In this document: positions 1 through 10,687 of the stretch, in pieces | Layout of the letters: each line of letters opens with the position of its first letter | Position numbering within the stretch: the stretch's first letter is position 1 | Origin: Bryobacterales bacterium | GTDB lineage: Bacteria > Acidobacteriota > Terriglobia > Bryobacterales > UBA6623 | Direction of reading: 5' to 3' | NCBI GenBank assembly: GCA_965206775.1 | Contig: CBDBKU010000001.1 | Location: 462,096 to 526,095, forward strand | DNA length: 64,000 bases | Made by a program: the position numbers and the translations under genes | The notes under the pieces: generated by a model | Database searches by the model: none | What the model saw: the letters and a program-made list of their open reading frames with translations, nothing else | Told to the model about the DNA's origin: nothing

Positions 1-738
1 TGGGGATTGTAGCCCATTCCCGGCACGCCATTTTGTAAGTTACTGAAAATCAGCATGTTGTGAGAACTAGATCTGGCTTCTGGTACTACATTCGCTGCAT
101 TCTTGTGAATCGCGGGCGTGGTAGCTGTTGCCGATCTCGATCGCGCCGGGGAAGTACGAGTGCGCTGAGCATCAGCCAAACCGTGCCGTCACCGAGCTGG
201 TCGCTGGCGTCAGCGCTTCCAAGTCGAACGCTCCGGTCTTGCGCTGGGCCGCCGCATCCGACAGGCCCCCGGCACTCTCACCTTGCCCGCAGCGTTCCTC
301 TTTAGCGCGGCCGGGAGCGTCTGTACCCCCTCCGCCCGTCGCGCGAGACTCCCCGCCACATCCTCGACCGGATCGCCGGCTGCCGCCAGCGACGGTGTCC
401 GAACCGCTCATTACCACGTGTCTCCCGCAAACCCGCCAGCAAATGGAGGTCCCGCAGGCCCAGCCTGAACCTCGCGATAGCCGACGCGAATCGCCGGAAC
501 TTCCCTTTCCCCTTGAACCAATGCGTCTGAGCCACAAGACTAGTGCCATTGCTCCCCGGGGCAGGCTGCGCCTGGGCAAAGCAGGTGCAGGCGGTCATCG
601 CGGCCGCGGCCGGCGCGCCAGATGTGCCTCCGTGACGAGAGACGGCCCAAGGGTAGTCACGAAGCCTTCGCTTGGAAAACACCGCCCGCTACCAGACGTG
701 TCACCCTGCATCGGGCATGAGCGCAATGAAGCCCGGCG

Positions 739-1989
739 CTACGGCGCAATCCTCAGCAGACGGAAGCCAAGGCCGGGGTCGCGGTAGTCAGACCGGTCGA
801 TGAACCGAGCCGGCGCCCGGCAGTAGTCGGCTCTGCCTAACCAGCTGCCGCCCCGATGCACCCGCGCCGAGCCCGATCCTGGACCCCGAGGATCCGTCAC
901 GTACCGGCCCTGATAGAGGCCGTACCAGTCCTGCACCCACTCATACACGTTCCCCAGCATGTCGTGCAGCCCCCATGCATTCTCCGCCTTCTCCCCCACC
1001 GGATGCATGCGCTCCCCGCTGTACCACGCGATCGCGTCAAGATCCTCGGCGTAGCGGTCTCCGCTCGTCCCCGCACGCGCGGCGTACTCCCACTCTGCCT
1101 CCGTCGGCAACCGGTACCGTTCTTCCCCGCCCACCTCGTTCAGCCTCTGAATGAACTGCTGCACCTCATCCCAGGAAACAAACTCCACGGGGCAATTCGA
1201 GCCGCATTCGTCGGAGTGGGACGGATTGCTCCCCATCACCGCCTCCCATTCCGCCTGCGTTACCTCGTACCTGCCCAGCCAAAAACCCTCGCTGATCCGC
1301 ACCTGCCTCGCCGGCCTCTCCCGGAGGGGGACTTCCAAACTGGTTGAACCCATACGGAACTCCCCCGCCGGGACCCAGACGAACTCGATCCCGTCAAACA
1401 CAATGGCTTCCCCCGCACGAAGCCCTGCTCTTACGGGCGCGTCGGCCCGCGCACCCGATCCGACCCCGCCTGGTTCCGCCGCGAACCGATAGTCGACGTC
1501 CCAGCTGTCGAACCGCGGCTGGTGGTCATCGAACGCCAGCACGAAGACCGTGTTGCTCAACTCCTCGCCCGGCTCCATCCCTGACGGCTTCTGCAACACT
1601 TCGAAGCTGCTCGCCCACTGCACCGTCTTCGCATAGCTCCCCGTAGGCCCGCTCCAGTTCGTGCATGGCGGATGCTCGGACGCGAATGCCGAGGCCCGCT
1701 CCAGTTCGTGCAGCGCCCGCAGGTGTGACAGCGATCGGTCCGACCCGTTGCGCGCGGCGAAGTCGACCTGCCACACGTGCAGCGGCTTGCCGCTGTTTGC
1801 CTTCATCCTGTCGTAAACTTCCCCGGAATGGTGTTCCTCCAGCACCCTGCAGACGCCGGCATCGCGGGTCACGATCCGGGCCATTCCCTCCAGCGTGATC
1901 CCGTCCTGCTGGAACAGCGTCTCCGCCTGGGCTGCCGCGACGGCTAGCGCGCCCGCGACCGCCCAAGCAGCCATCTGATCCGTTCGCAT
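739..1989 (-). CDS. Formylglycine-generating enzyme (FGE/SUMF1) family protein, secreted
   Basis: ORF 739..2160(-). The C-terminal ~260 aa show FGE-sulfatase domain signatures (GFWLGRYEVTQAEW, RLPTEAEWEYAARAG, HDMLGNVYEWVQDW, RGGSW). Start trimmed to ATG 1989 (MRTDQMAAWAVAGALAVAAAQA, signal-peptide-like). Confidence 0.8.
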   Translation of the reverse strand: MRTDQMAAWAVAGALAVAAAQAETLFQQDGITLEGMARIVTRDAGVCRVLEEHHSGEVYDRMKANSGKPLHVWQVDFAARNGSDRSLSHLRALHELERASAFASEHPPCTNWSGPTGSYAKTVQWASSFEVLQKPSGMEPGEELSNTVFVLAFDDHQPRFDSWDVDYRFAAEPGGVGSGARADAPVRAGLRAGEAIVFDGIEFVWVPAGEFRMGSTSLEVPLRERPARQVRISEGFWLGRYEVTQAEWEAVMGSNPSHSDECGSNCPVEFVSWDEVQQFIQRLNEVGGEERYRLPTEAEWEYAARAGTSGDRYAEDLDAIAWYSGERMHPVGEKAENAWGLHDMLGNVYEWVQDWYGLYQGRYVTDPRGPGSGSARVHRGGSWLGRADYCRAPARFIDRSDYRDPGLGFRLLRIAP

Positions 1990-2275
1990 TCTGATTTCCT
2001 GCTGCGTTGGTGCGTGTCTAGGATAGTCCCTCGCAAGGCAGGATTCGCCGGGATTCGCAACGCGAGTGCCGCTGCCGGACGGCTCCGAGTTCCGGAGGCG
2101 GGGCTCCCTGACCTGGCCTATCTGGGGGATTTCGGCAGCGACGTTGCTCTGCCGTCCCACAGGAGCCTGCCAGCCCGGTCTTGGTCATCGACGCGTCGGC
2201 GACCGCTTGCTATGATTTGCAGGCTCCCTGTATCCACCGCGGCCGCCGCTCCGCGCCCGATTTGTACGGTCTCGA

Positions 2276-3256
2276 TTGTTGAACTCTACGCCTCAATGCC
2301 GAGCCAATCGGCTGGTTACGGTGAGCGTGGGAGCGTTCCTCACGATTGGGCTTCTCGCTCACGGGCTGCAAGCTTCGCAACCGGTCGAGCTGAGAGAGGG
2401 CGATCGCGTTGTCTGGCTCGGCGGCACTTTTGTTGAACGGGCGCAGCAGCACGGGTACATGGAGCTGGCGCTGACAACGCGATGGCCTGACCGGAATGTC
2501 ACATTCCGCAACCTGGGGTGGTCAGCTGACGACGTTTTCGGCGAATCCCGGAAGTACTACGGGGGCTTCCAGAGGACCACGTTGGATGTGGGTGGACGGG
2601 AGCGGCTATTGGCCAATGTCGAGGCCTTCGATGCGACGGTTGTCTTCGCCAACTACGGTGCGAACGCCGCAGCCGGGGGATCTGAGGCGCTAGAAGCTTT
2701 CTTAAAGGGATACCGCTCCCTCCTGGACGAACTGGAGGAAGGAGGAGTAAGAATCGTGCTCTTGTCCCCGATTCCCCGAGAGAATCTGGGAGCGCCCTAC
2801 CCCGATCAGGCCGGCCACAACGAGAACCTCAGGCTCTACGCCGATGCCATCAGTAGATTGGCCCGTGAACGCGGCCACTATTTTGCGGATCTATTCCGCG
2901 AACTGCCCAACGCCGCGCGCGATGCGGGCCAGCTCACGGACAACGGGATCCACTTGACCGCAAGAGGCTACAGCTACGCCGCGGCCGCCTTGGAAGCCGC
3001 GCTGGGATGGGATGAGTCTGACCGCGAACCGCTGTCGGCGCAGCAGTCGGAGGAGTTGCGCCAATTGATTGTCGAAAAAGATCGACTCTACTTCCACAGT
3101 TACCGGCCTCAGAACGACACGTATCTGCGGGGATTCCGGGAGTACGAGCAAGGTAACAACGCCAGCGAACTGCTTGAATTCCTACCCCTGATCCGCATCC
3201 AGGAAGAGAAGATTCGGGAGCTGCGGAAGCCCCGATCGACGGAGGAATCGAAGTGA
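2276..3256 (+). CDS. SGNH/GDSL-type hydrolase family protein
   Basis: 326 aa. N-terminal hydrophobic segment, VVWLGGTF block and DNGIHLT (D-x-x-H) block typical of SGNH hydrolases. Its stop overlaps the next start (GTGA at 3253-3256). Confidence 0.6.
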   Translation: MLNSTPQCRANRLVTVSVGAFLTIGLLAHGLQASQPVELREGDRVVWLGGTFVERAQQHGYMELALTTRWPDRNVTFRNLGWSADDVFGESRKYYGGFQRTTLDVGGRERLLANVEAFDATVVFANYGANAAAGGSEALEAFLKGYRSLLDELEEGGVRIVLLSPIPRENLGAPYPDQAGHNENLRLYADAISRLARERGHYFADLFRELPNAARDAGQLTDNGIHLTARGYSYAAAALEAALGWDESDREPLSAQQSEELRQLIVEKDRLYFHSYRPQNDTYLRGFREYEQGNNASELLEFLPLIRIQEEKIRELRKPRSTEESK

Positions 3257-5634
3257 GTGCCTCCCGCCGCCAAGCAGCCAGTGGCCGAAGCGCCGGGGTG
3301 AGAGAAGGGAACTGTTTAGAACCAAGACGGCTTCTTGCAATCAGTGCGATCCGAACCGAGACCGTCAGGGAGCGGTCTGAATTCAACTTCTGCTGCCTCG
3401 TACTAGGCCGCGCCTGCGCCGCGCTGTTTCTGCTGGCAGGAACGGCAAGCGCGCAACGTGACCTGAAGGACGTCCCTGTGCCGGACGTGCAGGCTGAGGT
3501 GGACGCGTTTGAACTCGCGGACGGCTTCGAGGTCAATCTCTTCGCAGCCGACCCGTTTGTAGTCAAGCCGATCCAGATGAACTGGGACGAGAGGGGACGG
3601 CTCTGGGTCTGCGGCAGCAGCATCTACCCGCATATCAAGCCGGGGCAGAAGGCCGACGACAAGATCATCATCCTGGAGGACACCGACGGCGATGGGCGGG
3701 CGGACAAGCACACCATCTTCGCTGATAACCTGCACATTCCGACGGGTATCCTGCCGGGCGATGGCGGCGTCTATGTTGCGAACTCAACGGAGATCCTGCA
3801 TCTGCGCGACACAGACGGAGATGACAAGGCGGATGAGCGCCGGGTCCTGCTGAGCGGGTTCGGCGTGGAAGACGTCCACCACATGATCCATACGTTCCGC
3901 TGGGGAATGGACGGACATCTCTACTTCAACCAGTCCATTTACACCCATACCCACGTGGAAACGCCGTGGGGCGTGAAGCGCCTCCGGGCGGGAGGCTTTT
4001 GGCGTCTGCGGCCGGAGTCGTTAGAACTGGAAGTCTTCGGACGTGGCGGCGTGAACCCATGGGGACACCAATACGACCGGTGGGGCCAGTCCTTCATGAC
4101 CGACGGAGCGTTTGCCGAAGGGATCAACTACCTTTTCCCGGGCGCCGCGTTCATTGCCGCTGACGGTGTTCGGCGCTTGATGAACGGGCTCAACCCCGGC
4201 CAGCCCAAGCACTGCGGGTTGGAGATCGTCTCGGGAAGGCACATGCCGGAGGAATGGCAGGGCCATCTGCTCACGGCGGACTACCGGGCCAACCGCATCA
4301 ACCGGTTTGTCGTGAGCGACGAAGGCAGCGGGTACTCGTCTCGGCAGGTAAGCGACCTGATCTCCAGCGACCATGTTTCGTTCCGGCCGGTGGATATCCG
4401 GATGGGGCCCGACGGTGCGATCTATGTTGCCGACTGGTACAACCCGATGATTCAACACGGCGAGGTGGATTTCCGGGACCCACGGCGCGATCACGCCCAC
4501 GGGCGCATCTGGCGGATCACCGCCAAGGACCGGCCCCTCGTTACCGCGCCGAAGCTGGTGGGCGCCTCGGTCGAAGAACTGCTGGAGGAGTTGAAGTCAC
4601 AGGAAGGCTGGACGCGAGAACAGGCCCGGAGACTCCTCAAAGAGCGAGGCGCGGCTGAGGTGACTCCCGCCCTTGAGGCCTGGGTCGAAGGTTTGGCTGA
4701 GGCGGACCCGGAGCGGGAGCTACACCGGTTGCAGGCGCTGTGGGTCTTCCAGGCGCTCGACGAGGTTCGCGAGCCGCTGCTGGGGGTCATCCTCGCGGCG
4801 CGAGACTTCCGGGTGAGGGCTGCTGGAGTGCGGGTGCTCTCGGATTGGCAGGATCGGCTCGACCATTCGCGGCAACTGCTGGCGGGCGCGCTCGCCGACG
4901 AAGCGCCACGCGTGAGGCTGGAGGGACTCCACGCCGCTCGCAAGTTTCGAGACGCTCAGACTGCGCGGCTAGCGCTCACTGTGTCGGACGGGCCCATGGA
5001 CACCAATCTTGACTATGCGCTGGCAGTCACTCTCGAGGATCTGCTTCCGGCGTGGCTCCCCGAGCTGCAGCGGGACCCGACGTTCTTTGGCTCGGATGCT
5101 CGCGGGGCCATTTTCGCAGCCAAGTCGGTCCAGGATCCCGGGGTCTTAGTGCCGCTGCTCGAACTGTACCGCCAAGACATGGTTACCGCCGATCTCGAGG
5201 ACGAGCTGCTGGAATTGATCGCCTCTCGCGGTGATGCTGAACAGCTCGACCTGGTCAGTGAACTCGCCTTCGGAGAGACTCTCAGTGCCGATCGGCGAGC
5301 CAGGTTGCTGGTGCTGCTAGACACCGCCGCCGGACGCGGCGTCGTACCCGCACGCAATCCGGCCGAAGTACTGACCCTTTTCGGCGCGGCTGATCCGCAG
5401 CTCATCGCAGGTGCCGCACGGCTGGCGGGGCGTTGGCAACTCGAACCGGCCCGGGGAGATCTTGACCGCTTGGCCAACGACGCCAATGCCGACGGCAGCG
5501 TACGGGCGGCCGCATTGGATGGTCTCGCGCTACTCGGCGGCGACGCCAGCGTGCGGACCTTGGAAGATATTGCTCGTTCGAAGAAAGAACTTTCGGTTCG
5601 CGTGCAGGCGTTGATGTGGCCCGGGCGGCGGTGA
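3253..5634 (+). CDS. PVC-type membrane-bound dehydrogenase domain / HEAT-repeat protein (probably the N-terminal part of a split gene)
   Basis: 793 aa. Signal/anchor (ALFLLAGTASAQ), then DGFEVNLFAADPFVVKPIQMNWDERGRLWV, DTDGDGRADK and DTDGDDKADE as in the Pirellula/Verrucomicrobium-type dehydrogenase domain. The C-terminus is Ala/Leu-rich and HEAT-like. The ORF stops at 5634, and the expected heme-binding domain continues in another frame. Confidence 0.7.
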   Translation: MSASRRQAASGRSAGVREGNCLEPRRLLAISAIRTETVRERSEFNFCCLVLGRACAALFLLAGTASAQRDLKDVPVPDVQAEVDAFELADGFEVNLFAADPFVVKPIQMNWDERGRLWVCGSSIYPHIKPGQKADDKIIILEDTDGDGRADKHTIFADNLHIPTGILPGDGGVYVANSTEILHLRDTDGDDKADERRVLLSGFGVEDVHHMIHTFRWGMDGHLYFNQSIYTHTHVETPWGVKRLRAGGFWRLRPESLELEVFGRGGVNPWGHQYDRWGQSFMTDGAFAEGINYLFPGAAFIAADGVRRLMNGLNPGQPKHCGLEIVSGRHMPEEWQGHLLTADYRANRINRFVVSDEGSGYSSRQVSDLISSDHVSFRPVDIRMGPDGAIYVADWYNPMIQHGEVDFRDPRRDHAHGRIWRITAKDRPLVTAPKLVGASVEELLEELKSQEGWTREQARRLLKERGAAEVTPALEAWVEGLAEADPERELHRLQALWVFQALDEVREPLLGVILAARDFRVRAAGVRVLSDWQDRLDHSRQLLAGALADEAPRVRLEGLHAARKFRDAQTARLALTVSDGPMDTNLDYALAVTLEDLLPAWLPELQRDPTFFGSDARGAIFAAKSVQDPGVLVPLLELYRQDMVTADLEDELLELIASRGDAEQLDLVSELAFGETLSADRRARLLVLLDTAAGRGVVPARNPAEVLTLFGAADPQLIAGAARLAGRWQLEPARGDLDRLANDANADGSVRAAALDGLALLGGDASVRTLEDIARSKKELSVRVQALMWPGRR

Positions 5635-6818
5635 CGTCAGCGAAGATTCTCGGTGCCGCCAAGGGTGCCGAGCAAGACGAGGTGGCGGGAGTCTTTGACG
5701 CGTTTCTGCGGCAAAGCGAGGGACCGGCCGCCTTGGCCAAGGCGCTTGCGAATGCGGACCTGCCAACCAATGTGGCCGTGCTGGGCCTGCGCCGCCTGGA
5801 TTTTTCGGGCGTGGCCGCACCGGAGTTGGAGAAGGCTCTCACAGAGGCCGGAGGAGAGGTCGCGGCGCAAGCGTCGCTCGACGAGGACCGGTTGGAGCAG
5901 CTGGTCCATGAAGTCGCGGAGCGGGGTGATCCCGCCCGAGGCGAAGAAATCTACCGCCTGGAATCACAAGCCTGCCAACAGTGCCATGCGATCGGCGGGG
6001 CCGGGGGCCGGTTCGGGCCGGATTTGAGCGGCATTGGAAGCAGCGCCCCGGCGGACTACTTGATTGAGGCTTTACTCGAGCCCGACAAACAGATCAAAGA
6101 GGGCTTCCACGGCGTCATCATCCGCAGGAAGGACAATACAGTCGCGACCGGTATAGCGGTACGTGCTACGGACCGCGAAGTCGTTCTGCGCGACGCATCG
6201 GATACGGAAATCGTGATTCTGCGTGATCAGATAGCGGAGGACAAGCTCAGCGACCAATCGCTCATGCCGGCCACCCCGCTGGCGCTGCGACGGGACCAAC
6301 TCGTGGATCTAGCGCGTTTTCTCTCCGAGCTGGGCCGTGAAGGGCCTTACCGAGTCTCCCCCGTGCGGGTTGTCAGGCGGTGGCAGGTACCCGTCGTCGA
6401 AGGAAACTGGCGGCAGTCGGGACTCTTCCGCCAGGGTGTGATGCTCGCCGTGCGGCAGGCTGAAACGCTCGAATGGGCTCCTCTATACAGCCGCGTGTCA
6501 GGGGAACTGCCGCTGGCCGACGTGCCAAAGCTCGAGTACCGGCCGAATCGAGCGCTGAGCTTCGTGCGCTTTGAGCTACGGGTCAGCACGGCAGGCAAGA
6601 TCGGGCTGCGGTTCAACTCCATCGACGGTTTCGAGCTGTTCGCGGACGGTTATCAGTTGGAACTGCCAGAACAGGAAACCGCGGTGGATTTGTCAGCAGG
6701 CAACCACTGGATCACGCTCGTCCTGCACCATGACAACCGCGATGGAGTGCCCATGCGAGTTGAGCTGTTCGATGTGCCCGGCTCGGCGGGTCGAGCGCAG
6801 CTAGTGGTTGGGCGTTAG
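5616..6818 (+). CDS. c-type cytochrome (CxxCH) heme-binding domain protein, likely continuation of 3253..5634
   Basis: 400 aa, GTG start as drawn. A HEAT-like N-terminus is followed by the heme motif in ESQACQQCHAIGGAGGRFGPDLSGIG. This domain is normally fused C-terminally to the dehydrogenase/HEAT protein. Confidence 0.65.
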   Translation: MARAAVTSAKILGAAKGAEQDEVAGVFDAFLRQSEGPAALAKALANADLPTNVAVLGLRRLDFSGVAAPELEKALTEAGGEVAAQASLDEDRLEQLVHEVAERGDPARGEEIYRLESQACQQCHAIGGAGGRFGPDLSGIGSSAPADYLIEALLEPDKQIKEGFHGVIIRRKDNTVATGIAVRATDREVVLRDASDTEIVILRDQIAEDKLSDQSLMPATPLALRRDQLVDLARFLSELGREGPYRVSPVRVVRRWQVPVVEGNWRQSGLFRQGVMLAVRQAETLEWAPLYSRVSGELPLADVPKLEYRPNRALSFVRFELRVSTAGKIGLRFNSIDGFELFADGYQLELPEQETAVDLSAGNHWITLVLHHDNRDGVPMRVELFDVPGSAGRAQLVVGR

Positions 6819-7212
6819 CTTCGGCATTTCGCGGGCAGACGGGATGACTGGTGGGCCGTTCCGCCGACCACAGACCCGGAGAGCCGTCCAGCAAGCTAGG
6901 TGGCAGGGCCTTCAATCCGTGCTCTGTTAATTCGGGACTCTAGACTGAGGCCTCGAATAGCTCATGGAATACTCTTGCTCAGCAAGCACACAGGAGTATC
7001 CGCGATCAGCTAGCCAGCCTGAGCCGCTCCGGACGACAGCGGATCAACCCACGAGAAACCACGGCACCATGGTTGGTTGGCCGGGCCTGTGCGAGTCCAG
7101 AATTCACAGCGTCGCCAAGAAGTGACACGAATACGGTTGCGTCGGAGCGACTCTCTGAGAGCTCTCGGGAGGCTCATTCGGGCCGGAGGGGGCGTGTTAT
7201 GGTGGGCGCAGG

Positions 7213-8196
7213 ATGCGAGTTGCGCAGATTCGGATTGCTCTGGCGGTCGCAGCGGTGTTGGCCTGCGTGATCGCGACGGCCCCGTTGCCCAGTCAGGCAC
7301 CGCAACTCAATTGGTACAAGGGCAACCTTCATACCCACACGATCAACAGCGACGGCGACAGCGCGCCGGACACCGTTGCCCGTTGGTACAAGGAGCAGCG
7401 CTACCACTTCCTAGCTTTGACCGACCACAACTACTTCACCGATCCGCAGGGCCTCAACGCGTTTCTGGCGGCACAGGATCGCTTTCTGCTGATCACGGGC
7501 GAGGAGGTGACCTCGGGGTATCGGGAAGCTCCCGTGCATGTCAATGCGTTTCGCCTGCGCGCGACGATTGAGCCTGCATTCGGCGACAGTGTGGTCGAGA
7601 CCCTTCAAGCCAACGTCGACCGCATTCGCGACCTAGGGGCGGTTCCCTCGTTGGACCACCCATCCTACCGTTGGGCGATCGAGCCGGAGGTCTTCCGCCA
7701 GATCCACGGGCTCAAGCTGTTCGAAGTGTTCAACGGAAGCCCGGACACAAATGACGATTGGGAGCTCGAACGGATGTGGGACGGCGCTCTCAGCGTTGGC
7801 CGCGAGATCTATGGCATCGCGGTCGATGATGCTCACGAGTTCAAGGAGTTTTCCCCGGAGCTGTCGAATCCTGGGCGCGGCTGGGTTGAGGTGCAGGCGC
7901 GCGAGCTGTCTGAAGAGGCGATTCTGGAGGCTCTGGAGCGGGGTGACTTTTACGCCTCCACCGGCATCAAGCTAGAGACCTTGGATCGTGGAAACGGTCG
8001 ACTTCGAATCCGAGTCGAGCCAAGATTGGACGAGAAGTTCACGATTCGCTTCGTCGGTCGAGGCGGTCGAGTCTTGGAGGAGGTGTCGGATCAAGAAGCA
8101 GAGTATCGGCTCAAACCCGCAGACGGATACGTCCGGGCGACGATCACCGATTCGTTGGGGCGGCGGGCTTGGGTCCAGCCAGTCTTCGGGAGTTGA
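7213..8196 (+). CDS. PHP-domain (CehA/McbA-like) metallohydrolase, secreted
   Basis: 327 aa. Signal peptide (AVAAVLACVIATAPLPSQA). PHP metal-binding motifs NLHTHTINSDGD and LALTDHN. Confidence 0.7.
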   Translation: MRVAQIRIALAVAAVLACVIATAPLPSQAPQLNWYKGNLHTHTINSDGDSAPDTVARWYKEQRYHFLALTDHNYFTDPQGLNAFLAAQDRFLLITGEEVTSGYREAPVHVNAFRLRATIEPAFGDSVVETLQANVDRIRDLGAVPSLDHPSYRWAIEPEVFRQIHGLKLFEVFNGSPDTNDDWELERMWDGALSVGREIYGIAVDDAHEFKEFSPELSNPGRGWVEVQARELSEEAILEALERGDFYASTGIKLETLDRGNGRLRIRVEPRLDEKFTIRFVGRGGRVLEEVSDQEAEYRLKPADGYVRATITDSLGRRAWVQPVFGS

Positions 8197-8737
8197 AGAT
8201 ACGCGAGGGTCGGTCGGCTAGCGACCGGGCCGACACGCTTGCAGCGCTGGAGCTGCTTGCGGCTGACGCGTCGATTTCCGGTTGAAAGGACAAACGCCGC
8301 GCTCCTCGGGCGTGCGGCGTTTGGCTGCTCACCCAACACTTTCGCTGTTGAGTCGGGGCCTCGAAGTGTCCGACTTTCACAGTCCGTGCAAGATCTGCGC
8401 AGCGTCGCATACCTCGCTCGTGCAGTTGCACTCCCTCGATGCATGCTACGGCGTCGTAGAAGCAACGCGATTGTCGATGGCATCGACCCGATTGCACTAT
8501 CGATGGCTCAGCCAGTCTCCTTTTGTGGTCCCAGCCCCCGGGCGGCCGCTTCCTCAGCTGCAGCCCGTCCCGGCTTCTCCACCTGGTCCGGCACGGCGCT
8601 CATCCTGGGAGCGGCTTCCGGGTCGAAAGCTAGCAAGTTTGGTATTGCTAAGCGCCGTTTTCTGGCTGGGGATCCATCAGGGGCTGGAGTAGCCAGCGAC
8701 AACTACAACGGCCGCCCCCGGCGTGGTGGACAAGTCG

Positions 8738-8859
8738 TTACCCGCTGCTTGCTAGAACCCGGTCCAGCGCTTCTTTCACCCCTTCGCTATCTCGTTTTGA
8801 CAACGTCCCAAGCTTGCGGACAAGCAGGGTGTCATCGAGAGTGAAGAGTTTGAATCGGA
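8738..8859 (-). pseudogene. PemK/MazF-fold toxin, C-terminal fragment (gene split by IS66)
   Basis: The minus frame reads ..RFKLFTLDDTLLVRKLGTLSKRDSEGVKEALDRVLASSG*. It joins in frame to 10688..10912 once the IS and one copy of the 8-bp duplication are removed. Confidence 0.75.
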
Positions 8860-10687
8860 GTAACTGCCCAGGTACACGGCTTCGGTTGAGTTGCGACGAC
8901 GAGGGCGGCGGGCAGTGGGGCATAGGTAGCGGAACAGAACAGGCGGACAGGGGCCGGGGATGGCGGCGATTGGCAAGCGATAGTGGAAGAGTCCGGCGGC
9001 GAGCATGATTGTGGGCAGACCGATCGTGTCGGCACGCAGTTTACACAGACAGACAAAACATGTATATATAAGAATGTTGCAAGCGCACAGGCGCTGGCGA
9101 GAGCATGCCGGGACAGTCCGAGGCAGAGCGGCGACAGGCGGGCGGGGACGTGCGCCTGGAGGACTTGCAAGCCGAGAACGAGCAGCTGCGGGCCACCCTC
9201 GAGCGCAAGGAGGCGGAGATTGCCGGCTTGCGGCAGCGCCTGGAGGAACTGGAGCGCCGAGTGGGGCTGAACAGCAGCAACAGCGGCAAGCCGCCGTCGA
9301 GCGACGGGCCAGCCAAGCCGCCGGCGCAGCAGCGCACGAAGAGCCAGCGGGGCCGCTCCGGCAAGCGCTCGGGCGGGCAGCGGGGGCACAAGGGCTCGAC
9401 CTTGCGCCAGACAGACAGCCCGGATCGGATCCAGACCCACCTGCCGCCGAGTTGCGGGGCGTGCTCGGCGCCGCTGGCGGCGGCCGACACGCAGGGCGAG
9501 CCCCTGCGGCGGCAGGTGTTCGACCTGCCCGCGCCCCAGCCTCCGGTGGTGACCGAGCATCAGGCGTTTGCCTGCCGCTGCGGATCCTGTGGCCGTGTGA
9601 CGCGGGCGGCGTTCCCGGAAGGGGTGGGTGCGCCCGTGCAGTACGGCCCGCGGATCGCCGCCGTCGCGGTCTACCTGCAAAACGGGCACTTCCTGCCCGA
9701 AGAGCGCTTGGCAGAGGTCTTCCAGGACCTGTTCGGGGTCGCGGTTTGCTCCGCGACACTGGCGGGGATGACGCGCAAGGCGGCGGAGCGCTGGCGGAGC
9801 TGCAGCGAGCGCGTACGCGACATGATCGTGAGCCTGGACGGGGCGAAGCATCTGGACGAGACGGGCTTCCGGATCGGGGGGAAGACGCAGTGGCTGCATG
9901 TGATCAGCACGCGCTGGCTGACGTTCTACCGCACAAGCCCGCGGCGGGGCAGCCTGCTGGAGGGCCTGCGGGGCATTCTGGTGCACGATCACTGGAAGCC
10001 GTACTGCACCGTCCGGGACGTGCTGCACAGCCTGTGCAATGCGCATCATTTGCGAGAACTGCAAGCGCTAGTCGAGATCGACAGGGAGGACTGGGCGCGA
10101 CGGATGCAGCTGTTGCTCAGACGGGCGAACCGGGCGGTGAGGATGGCTCTCGAGCGGGGTGTTCCGCTGCCGCGGGCGCTGGTGGAGCAGATTCAGCGCC
10201 GCTACGACCAGTGGGTCGGGGAAGCGCTGGCTTATCACGAGGCGCAGCCGCCGCTGCGACCGCCGCAGAAAGGTCGGCGGGGGCGCAAGAAGCGTCGGCC
10301 GGGACACAATCTCGCGTTGCGGCTGCGGGACCGCAAGCAAGACGTGCTGCGCTTCGTCAGCGATCCCGGTGTCCCCTTCACCAACAACCAGGCGGAGCAG
10401 GACCTGCGGATGATGAAGCTGCGCATGAAGATCTCCGGCGGGTTCCGGTCCGAGCAGGGAGCGCAGGATTTCGCCACGTTGCGCAGCGTGCTCTCGACCG
10501 CGCGGAAGCAAGGCCGCAACCGCATCGAGGCCCTCTTGCAAGGGCCGGAGGTCCTGCTCGCAGGACTGAAATTCTAGCTGCCGCCCCGAGTCCCGATCGT
10601 CCGCCCCGGACTGCACCTTGTCAAGGCCGACGCACGCTCCACTCATCTAGTACTTGCGCAGGTCATCGGACCTACCTGGGCAGTTAC
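8860..10687 (+). mobile_element. IS66-family insertion sequence (single-ORF type), 1828 bp
   Basis: Perfect 15-bp terminal inverted repeats GTAACTGCCCAGGTA (8860-8874; reverse complement at 10673-10687). They are flanked by an 8-bp direct duplication GAATCGGA (8852-8859 and 10688-10695). GTAA termini and 8-bp duplications are IS66-family hallmarks. Confidence 0.85.
9105..10577 (+). CDS. IS66-family (TnpC-type) transposase
   Basis: 490 aa. Leucine-zipper N-terminus (LEDLQAENEQLRATLERKEAEIAGLRQRLEELERR), GKPPSSDG, Cys pairs (CGACSA, CRCGSCG), DETGFRIGG, LVHDHWKPY, CNAHHLREL. Confidence 0.9.
   Translation: MPGQSEAERRQAGGDVRLEDLQAENEQLRATLERKEAEIAGLRQRLEELERRVGLNSSNSGKPPSSDGPAKPPAQQRTKSQRGRSGKRSGGQRGHKGSTLRQTDSPDRIQTHLPPSCGACSAPLAAADTQGEPLRRQVFDLPAPQPPVVTEHQAFACRCGSCGRVTRAAFPEGVGAPVQYGPRIAAVAVYLQNGHFLPEERLAEVFQDLFGVAVCSATLAGMTRKAAERWRSCSERVRDMIVSLDGAKHLDETGFRIGGKTQWLHVISTRWLTFYRTSPRRGSLLEGLRGILVHDHWKPYCTVRDVLHSLCNAHHLRELQALVEIDREDWARRMQLLLRRANRAVRMALERGVPLPRALVEQIQRRYDQWVGEALAYHEAQPPLRPPQKGRRGRKKRRPGHNLALRLRDRKQDVLRFVSDPGVPFTNNQAEQDLRMMKLRMKISGGFRSEQGAQDFATLRSVLSTARKQGRNRIEALLQGPEVLLAGLKF

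Noticed and set aside
60-787. Overlapping ORFs in the first 740 bp: 128..787(+), 172..579(-), 302..682(-).
   Set aside because: They are mutually exclusive, Pro/Arg/Ser-rich and motif-free. I cannot support any of them as a gene. The region is left unannotated.
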